Origin: Gammaproteobacteria bacterium
GTDB taxonomy: Bacteria; Pseudomonadota; Gammaproteobacteria; S012-40
DNA length: 64,000 nt
NCBI GenBank assembly: GCA_919902765.1
Contig: CAKKRP010000028.1
Span: 6,743-70,742, forward strand
Direction: 5' to 3'
Shown: positions 56,448 through 64,000 of the stretch, one piece after another
Layout: each line of letters opens with the position of its first letter
How positions within the stretch are numbered: position 1 is the stretch's first letter
The notes under the pieces: generated by a model
What the model saw: only the letters and a program-made list of their open reading frames with translations
Database searches by the model: none
Told to the model about the DNA's origin: nothing
Position numbers and translations under genes: made by a program

Positions 56448-56782
56448 GTGCATTGGCAGGCAACACAGAATTGGTTTGGCAACGCGTAGGCGCTGCGCAC
56501 ACGATACCCCGCCAAGGGGCGAGGGTGGTCAAAATAGGCGAGGTTAACGTTGCGATATTCAAAAATGTCAGCGATGAAATTTTTGCACTTGAAGATCGCT
56601 GCCCGCATAAAGGCGGGCCTTTGTCGCAAGGCATCGTACATGGGCGGCGCGTGACCTGTCCATTACATAACTGGGTGATAGAATTGCATGATGGCAATGC
56701 CGTCGCGCCGGATATCGGCTGCGTCAAGACCTTTAGCACCAAAGTGGTCAATGGCGACCTCTATATCGCGTTGTCGAAATGA
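56444..56782 (+). CDS. nirD: Nitrite reductase small subunit (Rieske-like)
   Basis: 112 aa with a Rieske-type fold (…EDRCPHKGGPLSQG…RRVTCPLHNW…), overlapping the nirB stop. Confidence 0.85.
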   Translation: MSALAGNTELVWQRVGAAHTIPRQGARVVKIGEVNVAIFKNVSDEIFALEDRCPHKGGPLSQGIVHGRRVTCPLHNWVIELHDGNAVAPDIGCVKTFSTKVVNGDLYIALSK

Positions 56783-56821
56783 AAATAGCGCGCGCCGACA
56801 CGACAACGAGGGACTAAATCT

Positions 56822-59473
56822 ATGCCATCTATACCTACCACCTGTCCTTATTGTGGCGTAGGGTGCGGCCTTATTGCGGAGCCGCAAGGAGATACCTTTG
56901 CGGTGCGCCCGGATCGCGATCACCCCGCCAATCTTGGACGTATATGTACCAAAGGGGCCACGTTAGGTGAGACGCTAGGCTTGCAGGGACGCATCTTAGC
57001 GCCTCTGGTACGGGGGCAAGAGACCGGTTGGGATGCAGCGTTGGAAGAAGTCGCCGGTTCATTTTCGCGCATCATCGCCGAACACGGCCCAGACGCGGTG
57101 GCGTTTTATGTGTCCGGGCAATTGCTTACCGAAGACTATTATGTCGCCAATAAATTGATGAAAGGATTTATCGGTAGCGGCAACATAGATACCAATTCTA
57201 GATTGTGTATGGCATCGGCGGTGGCGGCGCACAAACGCGCCTTTGGCGAGGACATTGTGCCGGGGAATTATGCCGACATCGAGCAGTCGGATCTTACGAT
57301 ATTGGTAGGCTCCAACATGGCGTGGACGCACCCGGTGTTGTACCAACGCCTCGCTGCGTCAAAAGAAAAAAATCCACACAAGCGCGTTGTCGTGATAGAT
57401 CCAAGGCGTACCGCGAGTTGCGATATTGCAGATCTACATTTGGCATTAAAACCAGGTACGGACGGATATTTATACAATGGTTTACTGAATTTTTTGCGCC
57501 GCGAAAACGCCTTCGATTGGGATTATTTAGAACACCACACCCACGGCTTTGCCGCGACACTTAAAGCGGCGCAGGAAAGCAGTGGGACGCTGCCGCAAGT
57601 GGCGCAGGACTGCGGGCTTGACGCCGCGCAGGTTGCACAATTTTACCGTTGGTTCGCACAAACGGCTAAAACCACGACCCTGTTTTCGCAAGGCATCAAT
57701 CAATCGTCTAGCGGTGTAGATAAAGGCAATGCGATTATCAACGTACATCTCGCAACGGGGCGCGTGGGCAAACCCGGTGCGAGCCCGTTCTCATTAACTG
57801 GGCAACCGAACGCGATGGGCGGGCGCGAAGTGGGTGGTCTGGCCAACACTTTGGCGGCACACATGGATTTTGCGCCGGAAAATTGCGCTATGGTCGGCGA
57901 ATTTTGGCAAACATCGCGCATCGCAACTCAGCCCGGCTACAAGGCGGTGGACATGTTCGAGGCCATTGCCGACGGGCGCATTAAGGCGGTTTGGATTATG
58001 GGCACCAATCCAGTGGTCAGCTTGCCGAATTCCGGACATATACGTGCAGCGCTAAAAAAATGTTCTTGTGTGATCGTCTCCGATTGCGCGCGATATACCG
58101 ACACCACGGCCTATGCGCATGTGCTATTGCCTGCCGCCGCGTGGGGAGAAAAGAGCGGCACAGTGACCAATTCCGAACGTTGTATATCGCGACAACGCGC
58201 TTTTTTGCCGACCCCAGGCTTGGCGCAGCCCGATTGGTGGATAATCACCCAGGTAGCGCACAAATTGGGTTACGCGAAGTCCTTTGATTACACGTCCAGC
58301 GCGCAGATTTTTCGCGAACACGCCGCCCTCAGCGCATACCATAATCATGGCCAACGCATTTTTGATATCGGCGCTTACGCGGATATCAGCGATCAACAAT
58401 ACGAGGCATTAACACCTATGCAATGGCCGTTGCCGGTGAACGTCCATCGAGGCACTGCGCGCCTATTTGCGCACGGTGGATTTGCGACGGCAAACCATAA
58501 GGCGCAATGGACGCCGATCATTCCGCGTGCTCCCCATGTAGCCGCAAATACAACATATCCGTTCATGCTTAACACCGGCCGGGTGCGTGATCAGTGGCAC
58601 ACGATGACACGCACGGCAAAAGTCCCACGTTTGTTGCAACACATCAGCGAGCCCTTGTTGTATATGCAACCATTGGATGCGCAACGCCTGGGCATGATCA
58701 ATGGCGACATCGCGCGCGTTACTTCTGCGCATGGTTTTGCGCTAGCACGAGTTGAATTTTCGCACGATATTGGCGCTGGCCAGTTATTTATGCCTATGCA
58801 TTGGAATGCGCAATTTGCCGTAAATGGCAGCGTTAATGCGATGGTTGCCTCGACCGTCGATCCGATTTCAGGACAACCGGAATTCAAGGCGACGGCGGTA
58901 CATGTGCGGCCTTTTAACGCGGCGTGGTATGCGGTGCTATTCACCACCGTGCCGATTGATACGGTTATGCCTGAATATTGCGTGCGCGTACCAGAGTCCA
59001 GTGTGACCCGATATGAAATGGCGGATACTAAAACTGCGTTAGACTGGCATACGTGGTTCGAGCAATTAATAAAAGATAGCGATGAGATCATCAAATATGC
59101 GGATCAACGGTTAGGTATAGTGCGTATGGGTAGCGTGCGCGCGGGGCAACTGCAAGCGGTACTATTTGTGTCGCCCAAACCGGTGATCGTTGATCGCGCG
59201 TGGTTGGCTGCGTTATTTGTGACGCCCATGTTGGCTACGCATGATCGCTCCGCGATACTGAGCGGACGCCCTCCAGTAGGGCGTGTCGAGGGCGGGGCGA
59301 TGGTATGTATTTGCATGGGTGTGCAGCGCAATACAATCGAACGCGCTATACACGCGCAAGGCGTTACGAACCTACAGGAATTACAAACATTAACTACCGC
59401 AGGTACATGCTGCGGCGCATGCGTGCCGCAATTGCAAGCGATCTTGACGCAAAATATGTTGCGCGCAGGTTAA
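56822..59473 (+). CDS. nasA: Assimilatory nitrate reductase catalytic subunit (molybdopterin oxidoreductase) with C-terminal BFD-like [2Fe-2S] domain
   Basis: N-terminal 4Fe-4S motif CPYCGVGCG…C, MGD-binding domains, and a C-terminal CICMGV…CCGAC BFD-like cluster motif. 883 aa. Confidence 0.9.
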   Translation: MPSIPTTCPYCGVGCGLIAEPQGDTFAVRPDRDHPANLGRICTKGATLGETLGLQGRILAPLVRGQETGWDAALEEVAGSFSRIIAEHGPDAVAFYVSGQLLTEDYYVANKLMKGFIGSGNIDTNSRLCMASAVAAHKRAFGEDIVPGNYADIEQSDLTILVGSNMAWTHPVLYQRLAASKEKNPHKRVVVIDPRRTASCDIADLHLALKPGTDGYLYNGLLNFLRRENAFDWDYLEHHTHGFAATLKAAQESSGTLPQVAQDCGLDAAQVAQFYRWFAQTAKTTTLFSQGINQSSSGVDKGNAIINVHLATGRVGKPGASPFSLTGQPNAMGGREVGGLANTLAAHMDFAPENCAMVGEFWQTSRIATQPGYKAVDMFEAIADGRIKAVWIMGTNPVVSLPNSGHIRAALKKCSCVIVSDCARYTDTTAYAHVLLPAAAWGEKSGTVTNSERCISRQRAFLPTPGLAQPDWWIITQVAHKLGYAKSFDYTSSAQIFREHAALSAYHNHGQRIFDIGAYADISDQQYEALTPMQWPLPVNVHRGTARLFAHGGFATANHKAQWTPIIPRAPHVAANTTYPFMLNTGRVRDQWHTMTRTAKVPRLLQHISEPLLYMQPLDAQRLGMINGDIARVTSAHGFALARVEFSHDIGAGQLFMPMHWNAQFAVNGSVNAMVASTVDPISGQPEFKATAVHVRPFNAAWYAVLFTTVPIDTVMPEYCVRVPESSVTRYEMADTKTALDWHTWFEQLIKDSDEIIKYADQRLGIVRMGSVRAGQLQAVLFVSPKPVIVDRAWLAALFVTPMLATHDRSAILSGRPPVGRVEGGAMVCICMGVQRNTIERAIHAQGVTNLQELQTLTTAGTCCGACVPQLQAILTQNMLRAG

Positions 59474-59681
59474 ACCGATTAAATAGTTGACTTCGGTCAC
59501 ACAACCTATTGCAGGCGCGCAAATTCCGCCTACTATGTCACACAAATAATGTAATGTTATATATATTATTGAAACATATAAATAATTACAATATTTTTCA
59601 GCTGCAACACAAACTTACACACGTAAAGGTTTGCAAAAAAAGTTCGTTATAGTACGCAGTCCACCTGATAAAGACATCACA

Positions 59682-61076
59682 ATGAATATGCGCAACAGAT
59701 TGGTACATACGCAATGGATTTTAGGCCTCTGTCTAGGATGGACGATACAACAACCCGCTGCCGCGCTGAGCTTGGCGCAAGAGGCGCTCACGCATACCGC
59801 TATAGGTCAGCCGCTACGCGCGGAGATCGCGATCAACGCCTTCTCTGAGGCCGAACTCGATTCCTTACAGGTGGATTTAGCGCCCAGCCAAGAATATGCA
59901 AATCTGGGCTTGGACTATGCCACGCTGGCCAAACAGCTTCAGTTTACTATAGAACGTCGTAATGGCGCTGCGTTAATAGCGATTATGTCACAATCCGGCA
60001 TGCGCGATCCGGCGCTGCCGTTAATGTTGGATATTCAATGGTCGGGTGGCCATTTAATGCGTGAGTATCCGGTTGTTCTAGATATGCCACAATTTCAAGT
60101 CGTAGAGCGCAGCGTTGCCACTGCGGCGCAAACGCCTGCACCGATACGTGTAGCGGAGCCCATTGCGGTTGTAGACGCCGTTGTTAATAATACCAAAACG
60201 GCCGCCCCGGCCGTCGCCCATGTTGCGCAAGCGCCTACGCAAACACAAAACGTGGTGAAACCATCGTCTAATCGCTACGGGCCTGTCAAAGGTGGAGAAA
60301 CACTTTCTGAAATAGCGATGCGTGTGCGTCCAGACCCGGCGCTGAGTTTACCGCAAGTGATCCTAGCGTTGTATGAGCGCAATCCTGAGGCATTTATCGA
60401 CAATGATATTCATCAACTCCAGAAGGGTGTCAGCTTAGCCTTGCCCGAAATAGATATATATCGCGCGACTTCGCGCGCTGAGGCCCGTGTAGCGTTAGAA
60501 GATATCCTTGATGGAGCGGATTCCGCAACACCGCGCACCGCACATACGCTGATAATTGGACCGCTAAAAGAGGGTTCCATGGTGGCGGAAAATACGCCTA
60601 CTAATGCGCCCGGCGATAGCAAAAATGCGACTATCGATGCCACGCGCAAACATTTAGACGACGCCAATGCCTTGACCGCGCAACTGCGTCGAGAAAATGA
60701 GGCCTTGCAAAATAAAATCTTGGCCTTGCAACAGCAATCGCAGACCTTGTTACAGCAATTGGCCGCGCGCGGTGTCGACATACCGAATGCCCCGACGACT
60801 GCGCCCACGGCCTCTGTCGCTGCAATGAATACGTCAGCCTTACCGGTCAATAACGCCGCTAAACCTGCGCCTGCCTCGACCACTACGACGACCAAAGTGG
60901 CGGCGCGTCGCATCACCCCGGTGCCTGGCAATGGTCCGGATGGTACGTTGATCGTCTTGTTGGCGGCGGTGGTTACTTCTGCGGCCGGGCTCGCACAGGT
61001 CATGACCGATGAGAATCGACAGAAAGTTTCGGATTGGTTCAACGGTTTGCTGCGTAAGAGTCATGCAAGCACATAA
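59682..61076 (+). CDS. FimV-like LysM-motif membrane protein (N-terminal periplasmic domain + TM)
   Basis: Signal peptide after the internal Met (MNMRNRL…AAALSLA), a FimV-type LysM-like peptidoglycan-binding segment (YGPVKGGETLSEIAMRVRPDPALSLPQVILALYERNPEAFIDNDIHQLQKGVSLALP), a Pro/Ala-rich linker and a C-terminal TM. Shorter than canonical FimV. Confidence 0.45.
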   Translation: MNMRNRLVHTQWILGLCLGWTIQQPAAALSLAQEALTHTAIGQPLRAEIAINAFSEAELDSLQVDLAPSQEYANLGLDYATLAKQLQFTIERRNGAALIAIMSQSGMRDPALPLMLDIQWSGGHLMREYPVVLDMPQFQVVERSVATAAQTPAPIRVAEPIAVVDAVVNNTKTAAPAVAHVAQAPTQTQNVVKPSSNRYGPVKGGETLSEIAMRVRPDPALSLPQVILALYERNPEAFIDNDIHQLQKGVSLALPEIDIYRATSRAEARVALEDILDGADSATPRTAHTLIIGPLKEGSMVAENTPTNAPGDSKNATIDATRKHLDDANALTAQLRRENEALQNKILALQQQSQTLLQQLAARGVDIPNAPTTAPTASVAAMNTSALPVNNAAKPAPASTTTTTKVAARRITPVPGNGPDGTLIVLLAAVVTSAAGLAQVMTDENRQKVSDWFNGLLRKSHAST

Positions 61077-61096
61077 TTAAAAAAGTCGAAATTAAG

Positions 61097-61131
61097 AGGC
61101 GCAATAATTACAAGTTATTGCGCCTTTTTTA
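61097..61131 (+). terminator. Rho-independent terminator
   Basis: AGGCGCAATAA-ttacaag-TTATTGCGCCT hairpin followed by TTTTTTATT. Confidence 0.8.
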
Positions 61132-61266
61132 TTGCCTCTATAAAGCCGCGTAGTTCGCTCACTTCCAATGGCAACTCTTCCGTTATAATTCGACAATTCG
61201 CGCGAACTCTGCTAGCTTTTACATATGGGATAGAGAATATATTTTAGCTTATGGAGGAGATTCAAA

Positions 61267-62031
61267 ATGTTTATAGATGCCAAGCTTAAATTCCTTGTTG
61301 TTGCAACCCTATTCTACGCAGGTGCTGTTTGCGGCTACGATCTACCTAATCATTATAATTTGTTAGGCCCACAAGTCCAAATCGATTATACAGTGCCCAA
61401 AGCGGTCAATATGCCTGTCTTGATACTACGTCAGCATCACAAAGTCTCTCAATTTGCGGCCGACCAGATACAAACCACTGATACGCTCATGGGACAATGG
61501 GTGACGATAACGATAGCGCAGATTGTGGATTTACAAACTGAGACACTTTCGTTTTTGTTACCCAAAATTCAATTGGACAATGACACGGCCTATTTTCGTA
61601 GCGAGTTGATCTACACCATACACAAAACCACCATCGCAGGACCGGACTTGGTGCGTGGACCGGTGCAAATATACCGGCCCGCCCCTCTGTTCGGCAGGGC
61701 GACATACGTGCCGCCTACAGGCGATATATTGGGTACATTGGAAGGTAACGTCACGTTAATTCACACCTGCCCAGGCCCAGAGCTTCCAGGCCAAAATTGT
61801 ACGGCTCCCTATGTTGATGCCGCTGTGCAAGTGCTCAATGCGCGCGGTGAGGCAGTGGCAAAAGCGACGACAGACAAAAATGGCTATTTTAACACGCAGG
61901 TTGCCAGTGGCAGCTATACGGTACATGTAGCGACCACCGCAGTATTACCACGTTGTGGAGATGAACCAGTAACGATCTTGCCCGATATTGTGGTGCAAGT
62001 AAAAGTGTATTGTGATTTAGGTCTGCGGTAA
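61267..62031 (+). CDS. Secreted hypothetical protein with C-terminal carboxypeptidase-regulatory-like (Cna-B/transthyretin-like) fold
   Basis: Signal peptide (KLKFLVVATLFYAGAVCG), a strong SD GGAGGAG, and a C-terminal segment (VQVLNARGEAVAKATTDKNGYFNTQVASGSYTVHVA) typical of CarboxypepD_reg beta-sandwich domains. Confidence 0.45.
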   Translation: MFIDAKLKFLVVATLFYAGAVCGYDLPNHYNLLGPQVQIDYTVPKAVNMPVLILRQHHKVSQFAADQIQTTDTLMGQWVTITIAQIVDLQTETLSFLLPKIQLDNDTAYFRSELIYTIHKTTIAGPDLVRGPVQIYRPAPLFGRATYVPPTGDILGTLEGNVTLIHTCPGPELPGQNCTAPYVDAAVQVLNARGEAVAKATTDKNGYFNTQVASGSYTVHVATTAVLPRCGDEPVTILPDIVVQVKVYCDLGLR

Positions 62032-62070
62032 ATAGTACCAACGCGTTGAATACCGGTTCCCGGATCTTGT

Positions 62071-62475
62071 TTATGTGGTACTAATTTCTTTGAGCAATTC
62101 GGGGTGTCGATCCAATAACTGAAATAGCTTCACCAGCGCGAGCGGCGGCTTAGTCCTGCCGCTCTCGTAACGAGAAAACGCATTGACTCCACCGCCGAAA
62201 ATCAACGCTGCTTCGCGCTGGTCTAGACCAAGTTTTTTACGCACCTTGGCGATAAAAGCGGGATCAATGATGGAGGCGTTCACCTGTTTATTAAACTTCA
62301 CCATCGCCTGATGGGTGCGCGCAGATTCTGTAACGCCTAACACAATCTCTCCACAAGCAGAGCAGTATTCACCCATCACTGCGGGAATTGTGAATGTCTC
62401 GCCTTTATAGATATAGGGGATGTCACGCGTATCATGCACCAGTGTGGCCGCTCCGCAAGATGGACACTGCATCTT
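62071..62475 (-). CDS. mqsA: MqsA-like antitoxin (YgiT-type zinc finger + XRE HTH)
   Basis: N-terminal CxxC…CxxC zinc ribbon (MQCPSCGAATLVHDTRDIPYIYKGETFTIPAVMGEYCSACGEIVL) resembling MqsA/YgiT, and a C-terminal HTH (…LGLDQREAALIFGGGVNAFSRYESG…). No mqsR-like ORF is adjacent. Confidence 0.65.
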   Translation of the reverse strand, partial: KMQCPSCGAATLVHDTRDIPYIYKGETFTIPAVMGEYCSACGEIVLGVTESARTHQAMVKFNKQVNASIIDPAFIAKVRKKLGLDQREAALIFGGGVNAFSRYESGRTKPPLALVKLFQLLDRHPELLKEISTT

Positions 62476-62967
62476 ATCGCTCCTTGAAGACGCATTAGGC
62501 GCATCTTCTGTCAGAACCAAATCGATATTATCGAAAAATACGTTTTATTAGGCCGCATTTATTTGATACATAATAATATTGCGTGTGGTAGATAAGTCGC
62601 GACGTTATTTGCCAACGTTAACCAAGTAGGTAGTCGGCTAAAAGGACTTTATACTTGAGTCTATTGGGCGTTGACCGTGTATAGAAGAGGACTGAAGCGT
62701 TAATGCGTTTTTGAAGCCTTCAGGCGATATTTTTGGAGCTATTCTAGAGCAACGTTTGGGGTGAGGTACAACGTCTTACTTGTGGATAAAATGAAGTAAC
62801 TTTCGCTTTTTTGAGTATTGGTATTTAATAATATAGTAAAGGCCGCATGTAGCGGCCTTTCATTTGGTGCTCTGAAAGCTTGTTAGCGGACAGGGCGCAT
62901 TTCCCGATGTAGTAACAAGGTGTACTATACATATCGTCAATAGGGAAATCAACTATCAGGGGGAAGT

Positions 62968-64000
62968 ATGATACCGAAGATGCAGTATAGTTTGGCGTTA
63001 GACATGGGTTCAACCTCGCTCGGCTGGTGCTTAATTCGACTAAACGCCGATAAGCGGCCTGTTGCCGTCATCCGCATGGGTGTGCGCATATTCTCTGATG
63101 GGCGTAACCCCGAAGACGGCAGTTCATTGGCCGTGACCCGTCGCACCGCACGACAAATGCGCCGCAGACGCGATCGTCTGCTCCTACGCAAACAACAAAT
63201 GTTGACCGCATTAGTCAAATATGGATTTTTCCCTGAGGATGAAAAGCGAAGGCAAGCGTTAGTGAATCTCGATCCCTATATCCTCCGTAAAAAGGGCTTG
63301 TATGAACGGCTCACCAGCGAGGAATTCGGCAGGGCGCTTTTTCATATCAATCAAAGACGCGGATTTTTAAGTAATCGAAAAACCGATTCAAAAGATAAAG
63401 AAAGCGGTCTGCTCAAAAAGTCTATCGTCGATTTACGCGAAAAACTGGCCAAGGAAAATTGCCAGACACTAGGCGAATGGTTGGCGAATCGCCATGCGGC
63501 GCGATTAAGCGTCAGGGCGCGCCTGCACGGAACAACACAAAAGGATAAGGCATACGATTTCTATGCCGACCGTGCGATGGTAGCACATGAATTCGACGCA
63601 TTGTGGGGCAAACAAAAAAGCCTGAATCCCGAGTTATACACCGATACCGCGCGCGATGTTCTAAAGGATGTATTGTTGTATCAACGCCAGCTCAAACCAG
63701 TTCGTCCAGGTCGATGTACATTAATGCCAGACGAAGAACGCGCACCCTTGGCGTTGCCCAGCGTTCAAAAGTTTAAGATTTATCAAGACCTCAATCATCT
63801 GCGTATACTGAACGACGATTTAACGGAAAAGCCACCGCTAACGATTGAACAGCGAGATATATTGGCGAGACATCTCGATAAAGGCGATAACGCGACGTTT
63901 AAAACAGACGTCCGCAAATTGTTAGGCCTAAACGCAAAGACACGCTTTAATCTAGAGGACGGTAAGCGCGACCGATTGAAAGGCAATGCGACGACCGCGA
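62968..64000 (+). CDS. cas9: CRISPR-associated endonuclease Cas9 (type II-C-like), N-terminal 344 aa; continues beyond window
   Basis: RuvC-I motif with the catalytic Asp (YSLALDMGSTSLGWCL), and an Arg-rich bridge helix (SLAVTRRTARQMRRRRDRLLLRKQQM). The HINQRRGFLSNRK segment parallels Neisseria Cas9 HLIKHRGYLSQRK. Strong SD AGGGGGAAG before the ATG at 62968. Confidence 0.85.
   Translation, partial: MIPKMQYSLALDMGSTSLGWCLIRLNADKRPVAVIRMGVRIFSDGRNPEDGSSLAVTRRTARQMRRRRDRLLLRKQQMLTALVKYGFFPEDEKRRQALVNLDPYILRKKGLYERLTSEEFGRALFHINQRRGFLSNRKTDSKDKESGLLKKSIVDLREKLAKENCQTLGEWLANRHAARLSVRARLHGTTQKDKAYDFYADRAMVAHEFDALWGKQKSLNPELYTDTARDVLKDVLLYQRQLKPVRPGRCTLMPDEERAPLALPSVQKFKIYQDLNHLRILNDDLTEKPPLTIEQRDILARHLDKGDNATFKTDVRKLLGLNAKTRFNLEDGKRDRLKGNATTA

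Noticed and set aside
60413-61042. 209-aa minus-strand ORF inside the fimV-like gene
   Set aside because: Antisense to the Ala/Pro/Thr-rich linker. The plus-strand frame carries the recognisable LysM/FimV motif.
62476-62967. Search for an mqsR toxin gene upstream of mqsA and for a CRISPR repeat array near cas9
   Set aside because: No ORF of 60 aa or more and no short direct-repeat array is visible in this gap or elsewhere in the window. Any array presumably lies downstream of cas9/cas1/cas2 beyond 64 kb.

Overview
The window is mostly a core chromosomal segment of a proteobacterium, with gamma/beta-like gene order and roughly 50% GC. An accessory-looking tail starts near 59.6 kb and ends in the 5' part of a type II-C cas9 gene that runs off the window.

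Gene content from left to right:
- A truncated flhB-C-terminal-like gene overlapping (ATGA) a fliK-like hook-length control gene, then marR.
- A GldA/GldF/GldG-like ABC-2 transporter operon followed by a DUF4340 gene.
- A soluble triple-PAS methyl-accepting chemotaxis protein.
- A convergent asnB-like amidotransferase and an AMP-forming acyl-CoA ligase.
- A receiver-domain::HlyD membrane-fusion protein with MacB-type ATPase and FtsX permease.
- A frameshifted smr gene.
- The classic surE-pcm-nlpD-rpoS operon.
- hom-thrC.
- A dksA with a long lysine/alanine/proline-rich histone-H1-like N-terminal tail.
- A cbbY-like HAD phosphatase, an FGGY sugar kinase and queF.
- smc followed directly by ligA.
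- A PPIase, bolA, yciI and yciB block.
- An initiator tRNA-fMet with a near-consensus sigma-70 promoter.
- A ubiB/ABC1-like kinase operon, a second ABC-2 transporter, hsp20, mltB, dusA, an HDOD protein and an M15 peptidase.
- A nitrate-assimilation cluster (narK-like transporter, PP2C-phosphatase::Ser/Thr-kinase fusion, nirB, nirD, nasA) carrying sigma-54 type promoters and a perfect NtrC palindrome.
- A fimV-like LysM protein, a secreted hypothetical protein, an orphan mqsA-like antitoxin gene and the N-terminus of cas9.

No CRISPR repeat array, rRNA or obvious transposase lies inside the window. All calls rest on reading the supplied translations and sequence motifs; no database search was possible.
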